From positions 1 to 50,324 of the forward strand of contig CALBKY010000031.1 in the NCBI GenBank assembly GCA_937896045.1: a stretch of DNA of 50,324 nt, read 5' to 3'. Of this stretch, positions 35,399-45,700 are shown piece by piece (the first letter of the stretch is position 1; each line of letters begins with the position of its first letter). The stretch comes from an uncultured Bacteroidales bacterium (GTDB lineage Bacteria > Bacteroidota > Bacteroidia > Bacteroidales > Paludibacteraceae). The translations under genes were made by a program, and so were the position numbers. The notes beneath the pieces are model-generated. The model was not told where the DNA came from and did no database searches. It was given only the letters and a program-made list of their open reading frames with translations.

Positions 35399-37882
35399 AT
35401 GAAAAGACTTTGTACAATGATGGCGGCTGTCTTGGTGGCTGCAATGTCATTTGCTGACGTGGAGTATGAACTCAACGGAGGTTGGACCAACGATGACGGT
35501 TGGCAAAATAAGCAAGACATTTATGAGACAATGAACCAAATGTGGAATAAGTATGCAGATATCAAAGAGGATGCAGCACATTACACATGGACTCCAATTG
35601 ACTCCTGTAAGGCTGTCAACGAGGGACTTCCTACTGCTACCGATGGAACTGTGTTGACCCCAAAATTCCTGGAGTTTTTCAATGAAGCAACGACCTTAGA
35701 CAAATTCCAATGGTTGGCAGATTATATGCAATATGTATGTACACTTCAGAAAGTGGAAGCAGGTCTGTTGAAAGAAGGTAATGGTGCTTTCTTACGCTAT
35801 AACCTGCAAGCATTCTTTATGAATACCCAACGCACTTCTTGGCCTGTTTCGGCTAACTACGAGGCGTATGGCAATATCGACTATTTCCAAGCCTATTGGA
35901 GACACGGCTTTGCCAACCCCACCAAGGTAGAGGGCGAGTATATCCTCCAAGCACCTTACAAAGAAACCACCGACGAAGCCACGGGGGCTATCGTTAAATG
36001 GACTTTTGATGGCTGGTATGCGGACAAGGACTTCAAAGGTAATAAAGTCCTGAAAATTGATGCCAATACTACAGGTACTCTCTATGCAAAATGGGTAGAG
36101 TACATTCCTACTATCGCAGAGGTTAGTGCTATGACTGACGGAACTTCTACCAAAATCAAGGCTACTATCACGTTCTTCGATGGCGTAGAGGCGTATCTTC
36201 AAGACGCTACCGCCGGTATGCGTGTCATTTTCCCCGCTGATACCAAGTTAGCGGAGAACACCCTGTATGTTGTCAAGGGAACCAAAGGAACCGAGAATGG
36301 TGCTCCTGTACTTACTGTTACCGAGATTGAGTCGCAAGAGGCTGCTTCTGCTATTGTGCCTATCGTGGCAGACCAAGTTCGTTTCTTGCCCGACTATGTA
36401 GGCATGCTCATCAAATTGGAGGGTAAGCGTGTTGCCGGTTATTCTGCAGATGGCGACCCGCTCTTCCGTGACGACTTCGATACGATTCCTACTTTCAAAT
36501 TGCCTGTTGACCAAAATACGTTCACTATCCGCCGCAAAACGGATGTCACTGGTGTGGTAGAGCGTATGGCTCCCTATGTGGCTGGCACCGACTCTTTGAG
36601 TGGCCTCCGTATCCGCGCCTTTATGAAGAATGTAACCCCTTCTGCTCCTGCAGGCCGCGACAAACACGAGTACGAGACATTGAACACCAATGGTGGTGAG
36701 TACACACTCGTTAACGATTGGATGTTCTCGGTACAAGAGGACAACTTCAACTCCAACAAACCTAACGACATCGCCTCGGGTAGCCGTGCTGTAGTTCTCC
36801 ACAATGGCTTCTTGTACTTCCCGAACCGCGATGCTAACCAACCTTCTTATGTTAACTTCAAGAAAGTCAATGTGGCTGATGGCGATATGTTCGATGCTAT
36901 TCCTGCCGCTGATTATCTGTTCCGCGCACGTGGAATCGCAGGTCGCGACTTCGTCTTCGGTCCTGCCAATGACCTCAAGAAGGACAACGCAGATCACGTA
37001 TTGGCTGCCAACCTCATCACAAGTGCCAAAGGCGAGTACCAAGTTTGGGTAATGGACGACATTGACAATGGCAAGGGCTACCTCCTCATCAACGACACCA
37101 CACTCAACGATGATTATTCTACGAACGCCACTATCCGTTTTGATGCGTTTGGCGTCTATGGTGATGTTACCAAGGACGCTACTGTCATGGCTGCCAGTGC
37201 TTCCACTTCGGATGTGTACTACTGGCAAATCAAAGATGGTAAGTGGGATGGTAAGCACGAGTGGATTCCTACAGAGGGTGGCTACAATTTCAGTTATGCT
37301 CCTCAAATCTTCCCGATTGAGAACGATATGTTCTATGTGGATGGCTTCAACAACTATCCTATCCTCTTCAATACGGACGGTGAGGCACTTGACTTCTTCG
37401 ATATGGAAGATGAGATTTGCAAGGGATTGGTTACCAACCGCAACGGCAAGGCGCGTGCTACCGGTCATAACGGTTTGGCTGAGTTCGAGTTGGATGGCGA
37501 ATACTTCCTTCTCATCGCAGGAAACAATACCGCAGGAGACCCTGCTTCTACATTCGTTCTCTACAAGTGTAAAGACGGGAACCGTACCTTCAACGAAATG
37601 ACCCAGATGTGGGAGTTCCCCTACGACGGTATGGGTGGTGTCAGCAACGATGTGCGTACCGCTGTGCCGTATGTGCAAATCGTGGACGAACACACCGCCA
37701 AGTTGTGCGTTTACACCAACAACAACGGCTACGGCGTTTACACCTTCACAGCCAAGGCTGGCACGGGCGTTGAGAACACCAAAGTTGAGACTGTTGGTGC
37801 CGACAAGCAGATGATTGACGGACAACTCTATATCATCCGCAATGGCGTTCGCTATTCCGTTATGGGTAGCGTAGTGAAATAA
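35399..37882 (+). CDS. Secreted protein: split Listeria-Bacteroides repeat module, OB-like domain, propeller-like domain, C-terminal tag
   Basis: Signal peptide. VEYELNGGW ... WTFDGWYADKDF...GTLYAKW brackets an inserted segment of about 130 aa that is shared with the 45833 gene. The C-terminus is DGQLYIIRNGVRYSVMGSVVK. Confidence 0.8.
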   Translation: MKRLCTMMAAVLVAAMSFADVEYELNGGWTNDDGWQNKQDIYETMNQMWNKYADIKEDAAHYTWTPIDSCKAVNEGLPTATDGTVLTPKFLEFFNEATTLDKFQWLADYMQYVCTLQKVEAGLLKEGNGAFLRYNLQAFFMNTQRTSWPVSANYEAYGNIDYFQAYWRHGFANPTKVEGEYILQAPYKETTDEATGAIVKWTFDGWYADKDFKGNKVLKIDANTTGTLYAKWVEYIPTIAEVSAMTDGTSTKIKATITFFDGVEAYLQDATAGMRVIFPADTKLAENTLYVVKGTKGTENGAPVLTVTEIESQEAASAIVPIVADQVRFLPDYVGMLIKLEGKRVAGYSADGDPLFRDDFDTIPTFKLPVDQNTFTIRRKTDVTGVVERMAPYVAGTDSLSGLRIRAFMKNVTPSAPAGRDKHEYETLNTNGGEYTLVNDWMFSVQEDNFNSNKPNDIASGSRAVVLHNGFLYFPNRDANQPSYVNFKKVNVADGDMFDAIPAADYLFRARGIAGRDFVFGPANDLKKDNADHVLAANLITSAKGEYQVWVMDDIDNGKGYLLINDTTLNDDYSTNATIRFDAFGVYGDVTKDATVMAASASTSDVYYWQIKDGKWDGKHEWIPTEGGYNFSYAPQIFPIENDMFYVDGFNNYPILFNTDGEALDFFDMEDEICKGLVTNRNGKARATGHNGLAEFELDGEYFLLIAGNNTAGDPASTFVLYKCKDGNRTFNEMTQMWEFPYDGMGGVSNDVRTAVPYVQIVDEHTAKLCVYTNNNGYGVYTFTAKAGTGVENTKVETVGADKQMIDGQLYIIRNGVRYSVMGSVVK

Positions 37883-37902
37883 ACCAATTTTAGTTCGTTA
37901 CG

Positions 37903-37968
37903 TTATCGAGTCTTTATCGGGTTATTAACGGGTTGTTATCGGGTTATTAACGGGTTGTTCCCGTGAGC
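37903..37968 (+). repeat. 11-bp-period array TTATCGGGTTA / TTAACGGGTTG (22-bp unit x2 plus degenerate flanks)
   Basis: Read directly in the 134-bp gap between the 35399 gene and the first NAGPA gene. Confidence 0.85.
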
Positions 37969-38016
37969 ATACCGATACCCTCACCATAGATTAACCGATG
38001 TACAAAACTTGAAACA

Positions 38017-40368
38017 ATGAAGCGAATACTGCATCTATTCACCCTCACCCTGTTACTTCTGCCCTTATCCCTAAGGGCGGAGGTAACGTTGGGTGGTAGT
38101 GCTTATACCGTAGATACCCTGACCCGCTATATGGTGGGTCCGGGTACTTACTATACCCAAGTGCGTCTCTTCCTGAGTGACGGCGGAGGCAGCAGACGCG
38201 ACGTTTATATCCTCCAAGTGGACCGGCGCAATCCCTATGTGTCTGTCCATACCGTCCTTGCCAACGACTCTATTGAGAAGGGAGAAGAACCCTCCCACAT
38301 GGCGCAGCGTAAGTCCCAAGCGGGGCAACGTTATTTTGCCGGTACCAATGGCGACTGGTGGTCCACCGACCGACCTGGCGTACCCGAAGGTGCCTTCGTT
38401 ACCGAAAACACTATTGCCATCACGCCCCAGAACGGGCGTGCCACCTTGGCTATGTGCGCTATTGACCAAAACGATAGCCTCTACTACGGACACGATTTCT
38501 TCACCGATGTCTGGCTTGAAACTGACAACAACTCAGTCCGTTGCTCACATGTCAATGACATTCGCTATGAGAACGAACTGGTCCTGTATAACTCCTACAA
38601 CGGCACTTGCACTCACACCGACAATAGTGGTACCGAGGTGCTATGCCGTATCCTCCCTGGCTCCGCTTGGGGTACCAATACCACCCTTCAAGCCGAAGTG
38701 GTGCGTATCGAATCAGCCAAAGGCAATATGCATATCGAGGACGGTTGCTTCGTCCTCTCTGCCCGTGACGATATGCAGCAGCATCTCAAAGCCCTCACCG
38801 AGGGACAGCAAATACGCCTGCGGATAGCCACTTCTATCAATGGCACCTATGCCGACTTCAAGGCTGCCCTTGGCGGGCAGGACCGCACCTTCATGCTGGT
38901 CAATGGCGTAGTGGACAACAACTGGGACGAACGTCATCCCCGAACGGGACTCGGATTCTCCGTTACGGGTGATACTATCATACATTGTGTGGTTGATGGG
39001 CGTGGCAAGTCCATCGGTGCCACTACGGGCGAATTGGCGGAAATCATGCAGTTCTTTGGTGCCTACAATGCCATGAATATGGAGGGCGGTGGCTCCAGTA
39101 CTATGTACCTGGCCTCGCACGGAGTGATGAATGTCCCCTCCGACGGACACGAGCGTGCCGAGTCCCAAGGTATATTTGCTGTCAGCAGTGCCCCTGATGA
39201 TGAGGTGGTTGCCAAGATAGCGGTCTACGAACCCTCTGTATCTATGCCCCGATATGGTATGTTGCGCCCTCGTTTCTTGGGCTACAACCAATACGATATG
39301 CTCCTCAACACTGACCAACAGGGTGTTACCCTTTCATGTGACCCCGCTGTCGGATACATTGATGCCGAAGGGCGTTTTGTCTGCCAAGGCTCTGGTGACC
39401 TTGTAGCCTCGTTGGGCAATATCCGCACAACGTTGCATATCACTATGGTGGCAGACGCTCCTATTGCTGTTCGTCTTGACTCAGTTCTTGTCTCCGACGA
39501 GACGCAGTACCCCATTGAGGTGGACGGTATCATCGGAAACAACTCCATTACACTCCAACCGGAAGCCCTCACATGGACGGTGGCTGACCCCGCTGTTGCG
39601 GTAGTCTCCGAGCGGGGTATCCTTACGGGGCTTGTAAATGGCTACACCGCTGTGGTTGGGCAACTCGGTGAGTTCGCCGACACCATCCTTGTACATGTGC
39701 AGAACGTGGACGCCAAACCCTGTCATTGGGTGCTTGGCATGCAGGATATGACCCTCAAGCCTTCTTCCTCTGCGTGGAAAGCGCAGATGGTGGACACTAT
39801 GGATGCGCAAATCCTATCGTTGAACTATACGGGTGGACGACAGGCAAACATCAAGTTCCTTGCCGACCGGCTCATCTACTCTGACCCCGACTATCTCGAA
39901 CTCCGCTTCACGCCGCAAGATAACTTAATCCAATCGGTTACTATTGGTGTCCGTGCCAATGGCAGCACCAAGACCTTGCTTCATAGCACCACAGACCTGC
40001 AAGCAGGGCTAATCAACCGTTTGGTGGTTGATCTCGACAGCATCTTTCGCGCAGATGCCCTTGCTTCCGAACAAGAGTGGCGCGACAACGACCAGGCCAT
40101 CTATCCCGTCCGTCTTGAGTTCGCTACGTTTGCTTTCAGCAAAGATGCTGCCAAGCAGCAGTATCGTATTCCCATTGATGGTTGGTATCTCCATTTCGGA
40201 GAGGTGGCACCATTGCCTTCAGGTGTAGTTCCTGTCTCGGCGGATACTGCTATGACAGATGTCTGCAAGGTGTGTACCGCTGGGGGCATCCTTATTCGTA
40301 AAGGCAATAGATGGTTTGATATATTGGGACGCCCTGTAGAAGAAGTTAATAGTATTATAAAGTATTGA
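38017..40368 (+). CDS. Phosphodiester glycosidase (NAGPA/DUF2233 family) with a Big_2 domain and C-terminal tag, paralog 1
   Basis: FAGTNGDWW, HPRTGLGFS..DTIIHCVVDGR and NMEGGGSSTMY motifs. Big_2-like ALTWTVADPAVAVVSERGILTGL. Signal peptide. Confidence 0.8.
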   Translation: MKRILHLFTLTLLLLPLSLRAEVTLGGSAYTVDTLTRYMVGPGTYYTQVRLFLSDGGGSRRDVYILQVDRRNPYVSVHTVLANDSIEKGEEPSHMAQRKSQAGQRYFAGTNGDWWSTDRPGVPEGAFVTENTIAITPQNGRATLAMCAIDQNDSLYYGHDFFTDVWLETDNNSVRCSHVNDIRYENELVLYNSYNGTCTHTDNSGTEVLCRILPGSAWGTNTTLQAEVVRIESAKGNMHIEDGCFVLSARDDMQQHLKALTEGQQIRLRIATSINGTYADFKAALGGQDRTFMLVNGVVDNNWDERHPRTGLGFSVTGDTIIHCVVDGRGKSIGATTGELAEIMQFFGAYNAMNMEGGGSSTMYLASHGVMNVPSDGHERAESQGIFAVSSAPDDEVVAKIAVYEPSVSMPRYGMLRPRFLGYNQYDMLLNTDQQGVTLSCDPAVGYIDAEGRFVCQGSGDLVASLGNIRTTLHITMVADAPIAVRLDSVLVSDETQYPIEVDGIIGNNSITLQPEALTWTVADPAVAVVSERGILTGLVNGYTAVVGQLGEFADTILVHVQNVDAKPCHWVLGMQDMTLKPSSSAWKAQMVDTMDAQILSLNYTGGRQANIKFLADRLIYSDPDYLELRFTPQDNLIQSVTIGVRANGSTKTLLHSTTDLQAGLINRLVVDLDSIFRADALASEQEWRDNDQAIYPVRLEFATFAFSKDAAKQQYRIPIDGWYLHFGEVAPLPSGVVPVSADTAMTDVCKVCTAGGILIRKGNRWFDILGRPVEEVNSIIKY

Positions 40369-40373
40369 TACGT

Positions 40374-42695
40374 ATGAAGAAAAATCTACTCATTGCATTC
40401 TCTCTGCTGTTTATCCCCGCTCTTCTGTGTGCACAATCCACTATCACGTTGAGCGGCGTGCCCCATACCATAGATACGTTGGAGACTTTCCAATGTGGTC
40501 CTGGCAGTCAGTACATCTCAGTCCGTATGCACCGTGTCAGTGACGGTGGCGGACGCTTGGACGCTTTCCTTATGAAAGTGGATGCCAACAACCCCTATAT
40601 ATCATTCGAAGAGGTCATGGGCGGCGACAAACTCGTGGGTACCGAGGCGGTATCCGCTATGGGTGCCCGCAAAAACAAGGAGTCCGACAAGCGTATCTTC
40701 TTTGGCGGAACCAATGGCGATTTCTTCTCCACCAAAGGCGATGTAGGACTGCCTATTGGCTTTGCTATTATCAACAATGAGTTTGCCCGTGTCCCTGACA
40801 ACCGTGGAGACCGTCGTCTGGGTGCTATCAACGAGCAGATGCGTGGTGCTATAGGCAGTGTAGGCGCATTTTCGGGACAAGTCATCTATGGCACAGACAC
40901 GATGAAGTTGCACCATATCAATTACAACAGAGGCGATGACCAATTGGTTCTGTTCAACCGCCACCATGGTCCCTCTACCAATACCAACGAATATGGCACG
41001 GAACTCCTTCTCGCTCTCGCCGAGGGAGACGCTTGGCATACCAACTGTACCGTACACGCTGTAGTACTTGCCAAAGAGCAAGACAAAGGTAATATGACGA
41101 TTCCCGATGGGCAGACAGTGCTCTCTGCACATGGCACCATGGCAGAGCACCTCAATGCCGTCAATATAGGTGATACACTTACTGTCAAACTCACGTTTAA
41201 GATTGATGGCGTTAAGCAGAACATCAGCCAGTGTATAGCGGGTGACAACTACGCCCTCATTGTGGACAACGGGAAAGTGGTAGAATCCAATTTCTGGAAC
41301 GAACTGCACCCGCGTACAGCCTTCGGGCAGTCTGTAACAGGCGATACCATCATCTTCTGTGTGGTGGACGGACGTCATCTCTCTATTGGCTGCAACACGC
41401 AAGCACTTGGCGGTATCATGCATTACTTTGGTGCCTACAAGGCTCTCAACTGGGACGGCGGAGGTAGCAGCCACCTTTGGCTCAACAATGTCGGACTTAT
41501 GAATGCAGGTTGCGAATCTACAGAGCGTGCCGTTGCCAATGGTATGTTCGCCGTAGCAAACCTGCCCGAAGTGGACAATACCATATCGCTCCTGCAAGGC
41601 TATTCTACAGAACTGCGACTTCCTAAGTATGGTGTACACAAGCCCAAAGTGCTGGGCTACAACAAGTATGGTGTGCTTCTCAATCCCGATGTACAGGGTG
41701 TTACACTCTCATGCGACCCTGCAGTGGGCTACATCAATAGCGATAGTGCTTTTGTCTGCTTGGGTGAGGGTGAATTGCGTATGCAGCAGGGCAATGCCTC
41801 GGGTGTGGTTCGTATCCGCATAGTCCCCAATACAGACATCCGCATGCGACTTGACACCGCCGTAATCTACGACCACTCCGACTATCCTGTGGAAGTTATC
41901 TCCACCATAGGCAAGAACGATATCCTTATTCAGCCGTCTGCGCTTACATGGGCGGTGGCAGACCCGACTATAGCCGCTATCACGGAAGATGGCATCCTCA
42001 ATGGCCTCAGAGACGGCATTACCGAGGTCTATGGTACTCTCGACGGACATATAGACACTCTTGCGGTTCGTGTAGCAATACCTGCCGCAAACCCCTTGCA
42101 TTTTGACGACTTTGTGCAGGGTTACTCCTCGCGTTGGACATTGAAAGCGTCCAATACAAAGTGGAACGCTGCCATAACACCGGATGCAGAAGGCAAGGCT
42201 GTTCTCTCTATGGATTATACGGCGGGGCGCAATGCCAACATACGTCTTGCCTCCGGACAACCTCTCTTCTCCGCGCCTAATGATTTCCGTTTCTGCTTCA
42301 CACCGCAGGGCGACCTTATCAAGTCGGTGTCTGTCGGTCTGCGTGCCAACAATGCAAGTCGCAACACCATCTACTCCGTTGAGAACATTGCTCCTGACAC
42401 ACCTATGACCATCAATATCCCGTTGGATAGCCTGTTCGGTGTGAAGAAAGACCTCTCTATTTACCCTGTAACTGTTGAGTTCATTACATTCTATCTCAAT
42501 GCCGATGCGGAGAAGAAAAAATACAACATTCCTGTTGATGGCATCTACCTCACCTACAATGGTGCATCGGAATCTGCGGTGGAGAATACTACTGCACATA
42601 GGAATGTCAAAACCACCAAGTTCATACAAGACGGGCAACTCTATGTCATCCGCAACGGACAAATATACAATATCTTAGGAACCAAAGTAAATTAA
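40374..42695 (+). CDS. Phosphodiester glycosidase (NAGPA/DUF2233 family) with a Big_2 domain and C-terminal tag, paralog 2
   Basis: Same architecture and colinear similarity to 38017-40368 (FGGTNGDFF, HPRTAFGQS..DTIIFCVVDGR, NWDGGGSSHLW). I prefer the ATG at 40374 to the TTG at 40365. It ends DGQLYVIRNGQIYNILGTKVN. Confidence 0.8.
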   Translation: MKKNLLIAFSLLFIPALLCAQSTITLSGVPHTIDTLETFQCGPGSQYISVRMHRVSDGGGRLDAFLMKVDANNPYISFEEVMGGDKLVGTEAVSAMGARKNKESDKRIFFGGTNGDFFSTKGDVGLPIGFAIINNEFARVPDNRGDRRLGAINEQMRGAIGSVGAFSGQVIYGTDTMKLHHINYNRGDDQLVLFNRHHGPSTNTNEYGTELLLALAEGDAWHTNCTVHAVVLAKEQDKGNMTIPDGQTVLSAHGTMAEHLNAVNIGDTLTVKLTFKIDGVKQNISQCIAGDNYALIVDNGKVVESNFWNELHPRTAFGQSVTGDTIIFCVVDGRHLSIGCNTQALGGIMHYFGAYKALNWDGGGSSHLWLNNVGLMNAGCESTERAVANGMFAVANLPEVDNTISLLQGYSTELRLPKYGVHKPKVLGYNKYGVLLNPDVQGVTLSCDPAVGYINSDSAFVCLGEGELRMQQGNASGVVRIRIVPNTDIRMRLDTAVIYDHSDYPVEVISTIGKNDILIQPSALTWAVADPTIAAITEDGILNGLRDGITEVYGTLDGHIDTLAVRVAIPAANPLHFDDFVQGYSSRWTLKASNTKWNAAITPDAEGKAVLSMDYTAGRNANIRLASGQPLFSAPNDFRFCFTPQGDLIKSVSVGLRANNASRNTIYSVENIAPDTPMTINIPLDSLFGVKKDLSIYPVTVEFITFYLNADAEKKKYNIPVDGIYLTYNGASESAVENTTAHRNVKTTKFIQDGQLYVIRNGQIYNILGTKVN

Positions 42696-42703
42696 GTCAT
42701 ACT

Positions 42704-45700
42704 ATGAAACGTATCTTTACTCTTTTTGCCTGCACGGCTCTCTGTATCTTTGCTAATGCCGACATCCGTGTTGTCAGCAATACCTCACTTGGCAAGGGCT
42801 ACTATCCCCGTTTTGCAGACGACCAAACCATCACCTGTTTCTCCGAGGAGAACGCAGGCTACGATGCTGTCATCTCTGGTGAAGCCCTGCGCGTGGACAA
42901 CGAGGACCTTACCCTCAACCTCTACCGCAACGGTGTCAAGACCGTCCTCACACCTCACGGCACCGATGTCAACTATATCTGGGCATCGCTTTCGCCTAAC
43001 AAGCAGTATATCCTGTTCAATACCATGCGTGGTACCGCTGTCTGCGACCTACGCGGGCGTGAGATTATCAACTTCGGTAAGGGCTTGGATGCCCCCGTAT
43101 GGTATGGCAACGACTACATCGTAGGTATGAACGACTGCTCCGACAGCCACCAATATACGGCATCGTCTATCGTCATTGCCTCCATAGATGGCACCATACG
43201 CCAAACACTCACCGACCCCGCAGAGTTCGGTATGTACCCCGCAGTGGACGCAGTCTCAGGACGCATAGCATACAACACCCTTGATGGTGACATCCGTATG
43301 CTCCAACTCAACCTCACCGAGCAACCCGTTCGCCGTCAAGCACCTGCGCTCAAGACACTACGCGACTCACGCTCCAAGATGTTTGCTGCGCAGCGTCGTC
43401 GCGCGGCAACCGATGCCAAGCCTTCCGATTTCCGTATCTACATCAATCCGGGGCACGGCGGATACACCAGCGACGACCGCAATATAGTTATCTATCCTTT
43501 TGCACAGGGTGATACCCTTGGTTTCTATGAGAGTACTTCCAACCTCCACAAAGGTCTCAAACTTGATACCATGCTTCGTGAACTCGGCTTCCAAACCAAG
43601 ATGTCGCGTGTGCTCAACCGCGAGATTGACGACCGCGAACTCTCGGCTATCGTAGAGGAAGCCAATGCATGGAACTCCGACTATATGCTCTCCATCCACT
43701 CCAATGCGGGCGGACCGTCCAACTATGTCCTCATGCTCTATGCTGGTATCGACCTTGATGACACGCAGCAGACGTATCCTACACCCACTCCCTGTTCCGA
43801 TGAGAGCCGCGAAATATCTACCCTTATAGGCAACTATTTCTGTGAGAACGGCATCACTACTTGGACATCTTCTGTGCCTCGTATCGCCGGTGACAAGACT
43901 TTCGCCCGCACCGCCATGGGCTGGAGCAACGGTTATGGTGTCCTCCGCGGTCTCCGCGTACCGGGTGTTATCTCCGAGGGCTGTATGCATGACTACCACC
44001 CCGAGACCTATCGTCTCATGAATATGGACTACAAGTACAAGGAGTCTTTCTATTTCCGCAAGGTCTTCCTCGAGTATTTCTGCCATACAGGTATGCCCAC
44101 GGGTGCTATCGGCGGTCAAGTGCGCGATGCATTCAACAAGATGCTCTTCCCCGCTATCACCAAGATTCGTAACTCGCGCGACGAACTCCTGCCCATCGAC
44201 CGTGCTACGGTTGACTTGCTCAAGGATGGTAAGAAAATTGCTTCTTATACCACCGACACCCTCTACAATGGTGTGTTCTTCTTCTGGGATTTGGAGCCGG
44301 GCGAATATACCCTCCATGCCGATGTGGACCACTACTACACTATGGACACCACCATCACCGTCGTGGCGAACACCATCGTTTACCAGGACATGATGCTCCA
44401 GATGCGCCGTGAGACACGTCCCGAGGTCACTTCCTACAGCCCCAACGTTGCCATTACCGACAGTGTCAACGTGGCTGAACCTATCATCCTCAATTTCAAT
44501 TGGGATATGTGGGAAGAGCCTACTCGCAAGGCATTCTCTATCTCGCCCGCTGTTGAGGGGACCCTCACTTTCGAGAACTCGCAGCGCACCCTCCGTTTTA
44601 CCCCCAAGACTGTCTATGCGCCCGACACTGAGTACACCGTTACCCTTGTCAAGACGGCGGCACACCCCGATACCAACTACCCCAACACCCTTGCCGAGGA
44701 CTTCACTTTCCGTTTCCGCACCAAGAACCGTCCTTGCCTGAGCGTCATGCAGACCTATCCCGCAGAGGGCGAAACGGGCATAGACCTCAAGCCGTCTATC
44801 TTCATGCTCTTCGATGAGAAACTGCACTCGGCATCTAATTACAAACTTTTCTCCATTGCCAACGATAGCAGTGTTGTCTTTGTACCTGCTTCCCGCAACT
44901 TCAAGAAGAACACCGTGGATGCTCCCTATGGCTCTGTGAAAATTGATGTTACCACCGAGTTGCAGCCCAATACGCAATACAAAGTGGTAGTCGAACCTAC
45001 TGTCAAGGATACCGACAATATCATACTCTCCACTCCCTTTGTCTTGAATTTCACTACCGGTAGCGGAGCCGTAGCGGACAAGGAGGGTGAACTCATCATG
45101 TCCCTCGATGATGTAGCCTTCTCCGTAGAGCCTGATAAGACGACGGCACTCCAAGACAAGACGATTCGCACCGGTGGTTCTACCAAACGCACCGAGGGTA
45201 CAGGTTCCAACGATATTATCTATACGTTTGACCCCGACGAACCCGATGCGCAACTATTCCTCAAGCCGCTTGACCTTACGCATATATTCACTTCGCGCGA
45301 CAAATTGGTCATAGATATCTATGGTGATTTTACCATGAACGATGTCTATGCCGAGTTCTCCACTGCGGGCGATATCCATACCTACAAACTCTGCAACCTC
45401 GACTTCATAGGTTGGAAGACTGTCACGCTTGATTTGAGCCAAACCGACCTCCCCGTGGGTGTGGACTTCCAGTTCACTGGGTTGAGTATCGTACGTACCT
45501 CCGTGCAGCCAATCCTTTGCAACACAGGCGAAATCTTCCTCGACCGTCTCGCTATTGTCAAGGGACAAAACACCGCAGTGGATGATGCCCCACAAACCGA
45601 TTCTGCTAATGCGGCAACCTACGACCTCTTGGGGCGTCCTGCCACCGCGAAGCAACCCCGTCAGGTGTATATCCAAAACGGAAAGAAACATATTATTAAC

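Noticed and set aside
36248-37825. Long antisense ORFs inside the SusC/D locus (525 aa here; also 43367-45253, 40602-41639, 41709-42662, 29243-30187 and 33257-34114)
   Set aside because: All lie antisense to genes with signal peptides, domains and paralogs. Their translations are V/H/R/I-rich with no motifs. Their length is explained by stop-codon depletion on the complementary frame.
40365-40373. TTG start at 40365 for the second NAGPA gene, overlapping the previous stop
   Set aside because: The ATG at 40374 gives a canonical signal peptide, MKKNLLIAFSLLFIPALLCA. The TTG extension adds only MIR.
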